Of a DNA stretch of 64,000 nt, positions 46,286 through 54,728 are shown in pieces. The DNA lies in contig JBFMHR010000001.1 in the NCBI GenBank assembly GCA_040751795.1, positions 64,001 to 128,000 of the forward strand. Direction: 5' to 3'. The stretch is from Thermoplasmatota archaeon. GTDB taxonomy: Archaea > Thermoplasmatota > Thermoplasmata > UBA10834. How positions within the stretch are numbered: position 1 is the stretch's first letter; each line of letters opens with the position of its first letter. The notes below the pieces were generated by a model. That model was not told where the DNA came from. It searched no databases and was given only the letters and a program-made list of their open reading frames with translations. The translations under genes were made by a program, and so were the position numbers.

Positions 46286-49200
46286 TCACGGGCCCTCTTC
46301 CCGCCTGGACCGCCTCCGGTAGATGGCGATGAAGACGGTCAGCATGAAGAGGACTGGCAAGGCCACCTCCGAGAACTCGGGGATCTTGTCGAAGGTGACG
46401 TCCATGGGCGCGGTCGTGTTCTGCGTCCACTGCCAGCATATGTACGCCTCGCCGCCAGCGGAGTAGATGGATGTCAGGTATGTCTTCGCATAGGTCGTCT
46501 GGGCCAGCGTGAGGAACGACCATGTGCCGGAGACGTTCTTCTTCGCCACTATGCTGTCCGAGCTGGTCCCGTCGCTGACCCACAGCGCGAAGAGGTTCCC
46601 CGTGGCCGAGTCGAGGGATATCGTGGGGAACTTCAGGGTGCCCCCGCCCGCGGAGTTCAGGGTGATGGGCGTGGACCAGGTCGTGGTGGATGTGTTGTGG
46701 ACGTACTGGATGTTCGGGGCCCATGCGGGCGTCCCGTCGACGTCGCCCGTGCCGTACACCACGTGGACCGTCCCGCGGGAGTCCACGACCGCGGAGGGCG
46801 GCGCATAGTCGGAGTTCGACTGGTCCGCCCCTCCAGCGTAGATCTCCTCGGGGGACGCCCAGCCCGAACCGGTGAACCTCGTCGCGGAGACGATCCCCTC
46901 GTATGTGCTCACCACCCAGACGACGGTGGTCGGCCCCGACCCCGGGAGGATGGTGCCCTTCATGCTCGGGTCCTTGATCAGGTTGATCGCGTTGTTCCTG
47001 TCGGTCCATGTGCCCTCGACGTCGCCTGCCGCGTCAGACTGGTAGCATCTGAGCTTGTACTGCGGCTGGCTCGCGTGCACCTTCGAGATCGATGCCACCC
47101 AGACCAGTCCGCTCGCGTCGAGGCACACGGTGGGATGCTTGCCGAGCATGGGGTTGCTGGATATCGCCAGTGTCTTCTCGTTCCCCCAGGCTATGCTGTG
47201 GCTCGACGGGGTGACGGCGCCCTTCCGGACGATCACGTTCGCCGTCGAGACCTCCGCTTCCCCCACGATGTACACGCTGCTGCCGGAGGCATCGTACCAT
47301 ATGGATGCCCGCCTCACGTCCGCGCTCGAGAAGGCGTATCCCCCGTCCGTCCATGTGACGCCGCCGTCGGTGCTGTACCTGTAGGCGGTGCTCGAGCCGT
47401 CGAAGTAGAAGCTCCAGAAGTTGGTGCCGTCGTAGAAGAGCTTCCTCTGCATCGAGCTGGCCGTCGCCGCCGAGGAGGTCGTGGAGTCGATGGCCCAGGC
47501 GAGCGTCCCGACGGAGGACGATATGCCGCCCGTGATGGCCAGCATGGTCGCCTCGTCGAGGGCGACGAAGTCCCTGTACTGCCTCCAGTCCGTCGTCTCG
47601 ATCACGAAGTCTATGTCGACCGCCCCGCCCAGGTTGCTGGCGAGCACGCCGACCTCCATGCTCTGGGAGTCGACCTCGGCGGCCAGCTCGTCGGAGGCGA
47701 GGGCCCAGGCGGTGCCCGTGTAGGAGTGCAGGACCGCGCTCACGACCATGCCGTTCAGGCCGCGCACCTCGACCCTGTATTCAGCGCCTATGACCTTCGA
47801 CTCGACCGAGACCGCGTAGCCCGTCAGGGCGGACATGTCCGAGTCGATGTAGATCCGGGTGATGTCCTCCGCGGTCTTCCTGGTGATGGGCACGACCGAC
47901 CCGCCGCTGCTGGGCACCGGCTTGCCCTTCATGACCGGGACGTAGGAGCCGCTGCACATCTCCCCCGCGACGCTCACGTAGAAGGACGACGAGAGGCTCG
48001 TGTTGAACACGCCCACCTGGCGGACGTCTATGTTGGGGTTCAGGACGTCCACGAGGTCGACGTCGGAGGCGGTCCTGCCGGACCAGTCGCCGAAGGCGCC
48101 GTCGATGGCGACCGCGGAGGGCGCGGAGCCCACATAGGCCCTCGCGGGGTGGCCGACGACCTCGACCGCGGCGAAGGTCGAGTTGATGTCCTCAGCGGCG
48201 ACGAACGCCGCGACGAACTGAGCAGGGGAGAAGGCCGAGGTGTCGAACTCGAAGTCCACCGTGACCACCTCGCCCGGCTGCAGGGTGAGCGCCTCGAAGG
48301 TGCTCACGGCCGGGGAGAGGTTCTCGGTCCGGACGTCCACCGAGCCCACCGTGCCCCCGGCGCCGTCGCACGAGAACTCGAGGCTCAGCACGGCCTCCGA
48401 GCCGGAGGCCGGGACTATCCCCGAGACAGGGACCGACGAGGAGAGGCCCTGCCTGACCGTGAGGACGCTCCCCTCCGACGGGACGCCCGCGCTCACCGAA
48501 CGCCTCGCCTGCTGGTCCTGGGACAGCAGCAGGAACCTGGCGTCCTCGGAAGGGGCCTGCTGGACGTTCCCCATCGCCTCGAGCCTGTTGTCCACGAGCC
48601 TGCTCGCCGCGCCGCCGAGCGACTCCCACGAGTTCCAGTCGCACATGTCGTCGGCGGAGGGCGGGTCGTACGCGCTGACCTGGGAGGACTCCACCGACCC
48701 GTTCCACCCGTCGAGTTCGACCATGAAGTCGGCCCCGAGGGTGCCGACGGCGTAGCCCGTGCCCGCGTCCCCGTCGGAGTCGATGAAGAGGAAGAAGCTC
48801 TCCACGGAGGTCGTCCCGAAGATGTCGCCCGTGGCGGCCACGTAGAGGAACACGCGAGTCCCTTCGACGCCGACGGACCACTCCTCGACCACGGTGATCG
48901 GGGTGGTGGTGAGTATCGACATGCTGTAGGGCGTCGCGCCGTCCCACTCGCCGAAATCCCCGTCGACCGAGTAGAGCTCGTCCTCCTTGGAGTAGGATAT
49001 GTAGATGAACGTGGGGATGATGATCACGAGGGCCACCAGGACCGCCAGGAACTGCCACCTGGCAATCCCGCGGCCGCGCCTCCTGGGCGCGCCCCCGAAC
49101 GCGCCGGACTTGGTCCCGTTGACCATCCCGGTGCCATTGACCAGCCCGTTCCCGTTCACGAGGCCCGTCCCGTTGACGAGGCCCGTGCCGTTCACGAGGC

Positions 49201-49768
49201 CCGTCCCGTTTATGGCCCCCCTGCCGTTCGTCAGCCCGCGGCCAATCTGCCCCGCCTCGACCGGGGGCACGGGGGTCAGGGCCTGCGGCTCCGGCCTCGC
49301 GGGCGCCTCCCCTGCCGCTTCTGCATCCCCGGGCGCCTCCTCGGGCGCCCCGGTGATGGGGGCCAGCAGGGGCTCCGGCTCCGCCGCCTCGCCGAGGGCG
49401 GCGCCGCAATTGGCGCAGGTCCTCGCGCCTTCAGCATGCGCCGTGCCGCACTCTGGGCACGAACCGACCGCCCCCTCCGCGGCGAGCGGGATGCCGCACC
49501 TGGCGCACTTGACCTCGCCCCCCCTCAGCTCGAGCCCGCAGCCCGGGCATGTGACCTTCACCTCGGGGATCGGGGCGTGGGGCACCTCGACCGCGGGCGC
49601 CTCCTCGGCGGCCTTGACCCGCCGCATGACCCGGCGCTCTATGACCTTGTCGAGCTCCCGCTTCATCATGACCTTGTCGATGTGCGTCGAGCAGTAGGGG
49701 CAAGTGTCGACGTCCGAGGGTACCTTCTTACCGCAGAGAGGGCAGTGGATCGTTCGCTCGTTCGGCAA
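46286..49768 (-). CDS. Large surface protein: cytoplasmic Zn-ribbons, GLVNGT repeats, TM, extracellular CBM9/DOMON-like and Asp-box regions, PEF-CTERM
   Basis: Six CxxC; 7 hexapeptide repeats; RRRGR plus TM; duplicated VDGDFGEW/IDGAFGDW; Asp-box YSTDGGVTW; IPEF-TM-RRRSR. Confidence 0.8.
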   Translation of the reverse strand: MPNERTIHCPLCGKKVPSDVDTCPYCSTHIDKVMMKRELDKVIERRVMRRVKAAEEAPAVEVPHAPIPEVKVTCPGCGLELRGGEVKCARCGIPLAAEGAVGSCPECGTAHAEGARTCANCGAALGEAAEPEPLLAPITGAPEEAPGDAEAAGEAPARPEPQALTPVPPVEAGQIGRGLTNGRGAINGTGLVNGTGLVNGTGLVNGNGLVNGTGMVNGTKSGAFGGAPRRRGRGIARWQFLAVLVALVIIIPTFIYISYSKEDELYSVDGDFGEWDGATPYSMSILTTTPITVVEEWSVGVEGTRVFLYVAATGDIFGTTSVESFFLFIDSDGDAGTGYAVGTLGADFMVELDGWNGSVESSQVSAYDPPSADDMCDWNSWESLGGAASRLVDNRLEAMGNVQQAPSEDARFLLLSQDQQARRSVSAGVPSEGSVLTVRQGLSSSVPVSGIVPASGSEAVLSLEFSCDGAGGTVGSVDVRTENLSPAVSTFEALTLQPGEVVTVDFEFDTSAFSPAQFVAAFVAAEDINSTFAAVEVVGHPARAYVGSAPSAVAIDGAFGDWSGRTASDVDLVDVLNPNIDVRQVGVFNTSLSSSFYVSVAGEMCSGSYVPVMKGKPVPSSGGSVVPITRKTAEDITRIYIDSDMSALTGYAVSVESKVIGAEYRVEVRGLNGMVVSAVLHSYTGTAWALASDELAAEVDSQSMEVGVLASNLGGAVDIDFVIETTDWRQYRDFVALDEATMLAITGGISSSVGTLAWAIDSTTSSAATASSMQRKLFYDGTNFWSFYFDGSSTAYRYSTDGGVTWTDGGYAFSSADVRRASIWYDASGSSVYIVGEAEVSTANVIVRKGAVTPSSHSIAWGNEKTLAISSNPMLGKHPTVCLDASGLVWVASISKVHASQPQYKLRCYQSDAAGDVEGTWTDRNNAINLIKDPSMKGTILPGSGPTTVVWVVSTYEGIVSATRFTGSGWASPEEIYAGGADQSNSDYAPPSAVVDSRGTVHVVYGTGDVDGTPAWAPNIQYVHNTSTTTWSTPITLNSAGGGTLKFPTISLDSATGNLFALWVSDGTSSDSIVAKKNVSGTWSFLTLAQTTYAKTYLTSIYSAGGEAYICWQWTQNTTAPMDVTFDKIPEFSEVALPVLFMLTVFIAIYRRRSRREEGP
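49111..49238 (-). repeat. Seven tandem 18-bp coding repeats (G-L/A/M-V/T/I-N-G-T/R/N)
   Basis: GLTNGR GAINGT GLVNGT GLVNGT GLVNGN GLVNGT GMVNGT; synonymous variation between units. Confidence 0.85.
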
Positions 49769-50033
49769 GCTCTAAACACCTCTGTTCACAGTGCGACCCG
49801 GCGCATCGCGGGGTGCGCAGCGGGAACCCTCGTAGGGTGAATTGCCTGGCATCCCGGTCTGGATGGTTAGAGGCCTCCTGGATATATATAGAATCCGTCT
49901 GATAGAGGTCACTGACTCCCCCCAGGGCGCATATGTCCAGCGAACGGGCCCATCCGATGGGCGCGCCCCGCCAGGGAGAGGGGGGCGTGCGCCCCACAAG
50001 ATTAATATACGCCCCATATCGTCGAAAGCCAGG

Positions 50034-51497
50034 GTGAGGGGCACGGCCTGGACCGGGACACTTCTCAAGAAGGACGACTACAGGTTCGAGATACCGAAGG
50101 GCTACAAGCCCTGCATGTCCACGTCCGCGGTCATATTCGCGGACGACAGCCTGATCCGCTCCGTCAAGGCGGACAACGCGCCCGAGCAGGCGGCGAACGT
50201 CGCGTGCCTCCCCGGGATAGTGGGCCGCTCCCTCGCGATGCCAGACATCCACTGGGGGTACGGCTTCCCCATCGGCGGGGTCGCCGCCTTCGACTCCGAG
50301 GAGGGGGTCATATCCCCAGGCGGGATAGGCTACGACGTCAACTGCGGCGTCAAGCTGGTCAGGACCGACCTCGCCGTGAAGGACGTCCAGCCCGCCATCA
50401 AGGGGCTCATCGACGCCGTATTCGACAACGTCCCCTCCGGCGTGGGCGAGAAGGGGAAGCTCAGGCTCACGGGCAAGGAGGTCGACGACGTCCTCGACGA
50501 GGGCGCCCGCTGGGCCGTCTCCAAGGGGTACGGCTGGGAGGACGACCTCGTCTCGTGCGAGGAGGGCGGCCGCATGGCCGGCGCGGACTCCTCCAAGGTC
50601 GACCAGAAGGCCAAGCAGAGGGGGGCGCCGCAGCTCGGGACCCTCGGCGGGGGCAACCACTTCCTCGAGATACAGAGGGTCGAGCGCATTTTCGACGAGG
50701 AGGCCGCGAAGGCCTTCGGGATCGTCGGGCCAGACCAGGTGATGGTCAGCATCCACTCCGGCTCCAGGGGCTGCGGGCACCAGATCGCCAGCGACTACAT
50801 CCGCGTGATGGAGTCCGCCATACGCAAGTACGGCATATCGGTCCCAGACAGGCAGCTGGCCTGCGCCCCGGTCGACTCCCAGGAGGGGCGGGACTGCTTC
50901 GCCGCGATGAGCGCGGCCGCCAACTACGCCTGGGCCAACAGGCAGCTCATCCTGCACTGGGTGAGGGAGTCGTTCGAGCAGGCGCTCGGGAGGAAGGCCG
51001 AGGAGATGGGGATGTCCTGCGTGTACGACGTGGCGCACAACATCTGCAAACTCGAGGAGCACCAGTTCGAGGGCAGGCGGATGAAGGTCTACGTCCACAG
51101 GAAGGGGGCGACCAGGGCCTTCGACGCCAGCAGGCCCGAGGTCCCCGCGAAGTACAGGGCCGTGGGCCAGCCGGTCCTGATACCCGGCGACATGGGCAGC
51201 TCCAGCTACGTCCTCGTGGGCACCCCGCAGGCGATGGCCGAGACCTGGGGCTCCACGTGCCACGGGGCCGGGAGGCTCATGTCGAGGAGCGCCGCGACGA
51301 GGAAGTTCACCGCCGACGACGTGGTGCGGATGCTCAAGGACCGCGGCGTCTACATCCGCGCGGCCTCGCGGGACGGCATCATCGAGGAGGCGCCGGGCGC
51401 GTACAAGGACGTCGACGAGGTCGTGGGCGTCGCCCACGGCGCGGGCATATCGAGGCTGGTGGCCAAGCTCAAGCCCATAGGCGTGATGAAGGGCTAG
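50034..51497 (+). CDS. rtcB: RNA-splicing/repair ligase RtcB
   Basis: MPDIHWGYGFPIGGV, GYDVNCG, GGGNHFLE, HSGSRG, YDVAHN, HRKGAT, HGAGR, PGAYKD; GTG start assumed. Confidence 0.96.
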   Translation: MRGTAWTGTLLKKDDYRFEIPKGYKPCMSTSAVIFADDSLIRSVKADNAPEQAANVACLPGIVGRSLAMPDIHWGYGFPIGGVAAFDSEEGVISPGGIGYDVNCGVKLVRTDLAVKDVQPAIKGLIDAVFDNVPSGVGEKGKLRLTGKEVDDVLDEGARWAVSKGYGWEDDLVSCEEGGRMAGADSSKVDQKAKQRGAPQLGTLGGGNHFLEIQRVERIFDEEAAKAFGIVGPDQVMVSIHSGSRGCGHQIASDYIRVMESAIRKYGISVPDRQLACAPVDSQEGRDCFAAMSAAANYAWANRQLILHWVRESFEQALGRKAEEMGMSCVYDVAHNICKLEEHQFEGRRMKVYVHRKGATRAFDASRPEVPAKYRAVGQPVLIPGDMGSSSYVLVGTPQAMAETWGSTCHGAGRLMSRSAATRKFTADDVVRMLKDRGVYIRAASRDGIIEEAPGAYKDVDEVVGVAHGAGISRLVAKLKPIGVMKG

Positions 51498-52816
51498 AGC
51501 CCGAGGACCTTCTCGGCCGCCTTGGCGACCTTCGCCTTGTGCCTCTCCGGGCAGGCGACCATCACCGCCCAGTCGTACGCCCTCCGGGACTGGAGCGCGG
51601 ACGCTATCGGGCTGAGCCTCGGGAGGAGGCGTATCTTGCCCTGCTGGAGGATCCTCACGTCCATGAGGGACATCCTCGGCTCCGAGACGGGGATCTCCGA
51701 GGACGGGACGTCGATGACGACATGGCCGGGTTCGAGCCCCGCCCTGGTCGCGATATCCTCCTCCGCGGACCTCCGCCTTTTCATGTCGCCCAGGCGGTCT
51801 ACGGCCTCCCACTGGCCCTCCGAGACGTCCGTCACCGCGATGGCGTAGGCCTTCTTGAAGAGCCTGCGGTACTTGATCAGCGTGGCGATCTCCCTGCAGA
51901 GGCCCCCCTCCGAGTTGAGCCTCGAGAGGAGGGTCGCGTCCGTCATCTGGTGCATGGAGTATATGTCCTCGGGGCCGAAGCCCTCCACCGCCTTGGCGAG
52001 CATCAGCTCCGATATGCGGACGGTCTTGTGGAAGTACACGGACGTGAACATGAGGGACCTCGCCACCAGCATCCCCTCGACGGCGCTGAGGCCGCCCCTC
52101 TCTATCACCAGGTCGCCGTTGAAGAGGTCGAAGGTCTCGACCAGGCGGTCCAGGTCTATGACGCCGTACGCGACCCCCGTGTAGTGCGCGTCCCGGACGA
52201 GGTAGTCTAGCTGGTCCGCGTCCACGGTGCCGCTCACCATCTGGGACATGTAGCGGCGGGAGTTGAAGTGCGCCTGCCCGTGGTGCCTGTCGAGGCCCCT
52301 CGCCGGGCGCTGCGCCTCGGCCCCCTCGAGGAGGCTGGCGACCTCCTTCGGGTCGAGGCCCATCCGCTCGATGGCCTCGGGGACCGAGACGTGCTTGCCG
52401 AGGACCTTGCGCTCCTCCTCGGTCAGCACCGAGTCCTCCCCGCGGATCATCCGCCTGGAGATCTCGGCGTGGTCTATCCCGAACTGCTCGTGGAGGACCA
52501 TCTCGAAGGTGTGCGAGTAGGGGAGGTGCCCGACGTCGTGGAGCAGGGCGGCGGCCCTGACCATGGACGACTCCCTCGCGTCCAGGCCGAGGGACGAGCA
52601 CATCCTGCCCGCGACGGCGAAGGCGCCGAGGGAGTGCTCGAAGCGGGTGTGGTTCGCGCCCGGGTAGACGAGGTACGCGAGGCCGAGCTGGTGGATGCTG
52701 TGGAGCCTCTGCAGCTCCGGCGCCGCGGCGAGGGCGAGGAACTCGTGGTCCACCCTGATGCTCCCGTGTACCGAGTCCCTTATGGTCTTGTGCTCGGACA
52801 TCGCGTCGGAGGACAC
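51494..52816 (-). CDS. HD-domain dNTP triphosphohydrolase (SAMHD1/YdhJ-like)
   Basis: IRDSVHG, QRL..IHQLG, HTRFEHSLG, LLHDVGHLPYSH, DADQLDY..RD, VYFHK. Confidence 0.92.
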   Translation of the reverse strand: MSSDAMSEHKTIRDSVHGSIRVDHEFLALAAAPELQRLHSIHQLGLAYLVYPGANHTRFEHSLGAFAVAGRMCSSLGLDARESSMVRAAALLHDVGHLPYSHTFEMVLHEQFGIDHAEISRRMIRGEDSVLTEEERKVLGKHVSVPEAIERMGLDPKEVASLLEGAEAQRPARGLDRHHGQAHFNSRRYMSQMVSGTVDADQLDYLVRDAHYTGVAYGVIDLDRLVETFDLFNGDLVIERGGLSAVEGMLVARSLMFTSVYFHKTVRISELMLAKAVEGFGPEDIYSMHQMTDATLLSRLNSEGGLCREIATLIKYRRLFKKAYAIAVTDVSEGQWEAVDRLGDMKRRRSAEEDIATRAGLEPGHVVIDVPSSEIPVSEPRMSLMDVRILQQGKIRLLPRLSPIASALQSRRAYDWAVMVACPERHKAKVAKAAEKVLGL

Positions 52817-52978
52817 ATTATCCGGATATAAGGGTTCACTATGACCGTGGCAACGGGGCCACCTACGGGCCCGCGCGCAGGCCGCCCGACATTATTGAAC
52901 ATGATACCGGAGGCCAAACGCTTTTAAGAGGGGCGACCGATGCTTTACCGTAGCCTCGCCCCCCGGAGGCATCTCGCC

Positions 52979-53707
52979 ATGACATCGGATCTCGGCACGG
53001 ATAGCGAAGACAGGGTTCAGCTGTTCATAGACGGCTTCGACAACAAGATCGGCGGAGGGATCAAGAAGGGCCACGTGGTGCTCCTCGCGGGCACCCCCGG
53101 CACCATGAAGTCCTCCATCGCCATGAACATGCTCATCAACAGCGTGAAGAAGAAGGGCGTGAACGTCCTCTACGTGAGCATCGAGGAGAGCAAGGAGAGC
53201 CTCCTCTCCGCCATAGAGATGCTCGGCCTGGGGAAGGTCGACGAGAACAAGTTCTTCATAGTCGACATCGGGAAGCTGAGGCTGGAGCACACCGACGCGG
53301 ACGTCGGGAGGGACTGGTTCAAGATCCTCAAGGAGTACCTGAGGAAGAAGGTCGAGAACGAGGGCGTCGAGGTGGTCGTCGTCGACTCCCTCACGGCGAT
53401 ATACTCCCTCGCCACGATACCCAATCCGAGGCAGGAGCTGTTCCACTTCTTCGGGTTCCTGAAGAAGCTGGGCGTCACGACCTTCCTGATATCGGAGACG
53501 CAGCAGAACGGGAACGCGTTCGGGCCGTACAACGAGGACTTCCTGGCGGACGGCGCCATACTGCTCAAGTTCGTGGAGGTCGGGGAGACCGACGTCCAGC
53601 TGAGGATCAGGGCCGTCAAGATGAGGCACTCGAAGATACACCACGGCTACCTGACGCTGCTCTACAAGGACGGAAGGTTCTCAGCCATCACCCCGCTCTC
53701 GGAGTGA
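52979..53707 (+). CDS. KaiC/RAD55-like single-domain RecA-superfamily ATPase
   Basis: GTPGTMKS, YVSIEES, VVVDSL, FLADG, KMRHS. Confidence 0.88.
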   Translation: MTSDLGTDSEDRVQLFIDGFDNKIGGGIKKGHVVLLAGTPGTMKSSIAMNMLINSVKKKGVNVLYVSIEESKESLLSAIEMLGLGKVDENKFFIVDIGKLRLEHTDADVGRDWFKILKEYLRKKVENEGVEVVVVDSLTAIYSLATIPNPRQELFHFFGFLKKLGVTTFLISETQQNGNAFGPYNEDFLADGAILLKFVEVGETDVQLRIRAVKMRHSKIHHGYLTLLYKDGRFSAITPLSE

Positions 53708-53746
53708 CGGCGCGCGAGGCCCCCCGGGGGCCCGCGCCAAGGGGGC

Positions 53747-54148
53747 TCAGAAGCCGCCCTTGAGCTTGTTCCTGTCTATCTTGATCGACCTGGGCGTGAC
53801 CATGAGGAGGTTCTTCCCCACTCCGGCGACGTCGCCGTCGACGTCCCTCGCCACGTTCTTGAGCTCGGCGGTCAGGCGCTTCATCGTGAGGTCGTCGTTC
53901 GCGACCGAGGTGTAGTCTATCACCAGTATGTTCCCCGAGTAGACCTGGCTCGTGAGGTTGGACAGGTCGTCGTACCTGAACAGCTCGCCGACCTTCACCA
54001 CGGTCTGGGCGCCCTCGGTGCCGAGGACCCCCTCGTCCTCGAAGACCATGTCCGTCAGGTCGATGTACTGCTCTGCGCCCATCGTGTCCCTCGATTCGTT
54101 GTCAGCGGTTCCAGCGAAGGGTTTCTTCTTGAGAATCGTCAAGTGCAT
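53747..54148 (-). CDS. sepF: Archaeal cell division protein SepF
   Basis: YIDL, VYSGNILVIDY, DVDGDVAG, LMVTP..IKIDR. Confidence 0.87.
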   Translation of the reverse strand: MHLTILKKKPFAGTADNESRDTMGAEQYIDLTDMVFEDEGVLGTEGAQTVVKVGELFRYDDLSNLTSQVYSGNILVIDYTSVANDDLTMKRLTAELKNVARDVDGDVAGVGKNLLMVTPRSIKIDRNKLKGGF

Positions 54149-54185
54149 CCCTCGCCAGCGTAATCACGTTGTTCGGATATAAATC

Positions 54186-54728
54186 CTACTGGTCGGGCTC
54201 AGGAGGCCCTTCGCCCTCCTCCTCGGCCTCTTCCTCCTCCTCGTCGACAAGCCACAGCTTGTCGCCCACGAAGTGCACCGAGGAGACGACCTTCCCCTTC
54301 GGCTTGGAGCGCATCGCCTCGCCGGTGACGAGGGCCCTCCCGATCGCCAGCGGGCGCCTGTTCCTCTCGTCCCTGATCCAGACCATGACCCCCTCGGCGA
54401 TGCCCGGGTCCGCGTCCACGACCCCCGGGCCCATGACGTCCGCCCCGTTGGCGACGAACCGGACCGCGCCCATGTCGACGGTGACGTACCCCTTCGTCGC
54501 CGGGTACCTCAGCAGGCCCCGCACCGTCAGGAACGGGACGCCGTCCATGACGACCGCCATCACCTTCCCGTCGACCATTATGGCGTCGTAGCCCGGCCCC
54601 TCGGCCATGTCGACCGTGTCCGAGGCCGAGAACACCCTCGCCCCCGTCGCAGCCTCTATCGCGGAGGCGACGGAGGCGATGTCCTTCTGCCTCATCCTGT
54701 GCCTCTTCCTCAGCCGCACGTCGGTCAT
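54186..54728 (-). CDS. PUA-domain RNA-binding protein (DUF1947/Tma20-MCT1-like)
   Basis: PFLTVRG, VDMGAVRFVANGADVMGPGVVDAD, HFVGDKLW. Confidence 0.9.
   Translation of the reverse strand: MTDVRLRKRHRMRQKDIASVASAIEAATGARVFSASDTVDMAEGPGYDAIMVDGKVMAVVMDGVPFLTVRGLLRYPATKGYVTVDMGAVRFVANGADVMGPGVVDADPGIAEGVMVWIRDERNRRPLAIGRALVTGEAMRSKPKGKVVSSVHFVGDKLWLVDEEEEEAEEEGEGPPEPDQ

Noticed and set aside
49111-49238. Regular repeats as a CRISPR array
   Set aside because: These are 18-bp in-frame coding repeats without spacers, and no cas genes are present.
44982-49768. tRNA-His as an integration site for an island carrying the zinc-ribbon genes
   Set aside because: No integrase, no duplicated tRNA 3' end seen, and no obvious compositional shift.
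46697-52601. Very long alternative-frame ORFs (e.g. 1047 aa +, 957 aa -, and many others across the window)
   Set aside because: Shadow ORFs of high-GC coding sequence; Arg/Gly/Pro-rich or antisense mirrors with no motifs.
50034-52816. rtcB plus HD hydrolase as an RNA-repair or anti-phage module
   Set aside because: Convergent orientation; both are common archaeal housekeeping genes.
52979-53707. Circadian KaiC clock
   Set aside because: Single domain, no KaiA/KaiB, and no ST phosphosite pair; typical archaeal KaiC-like ATPase.
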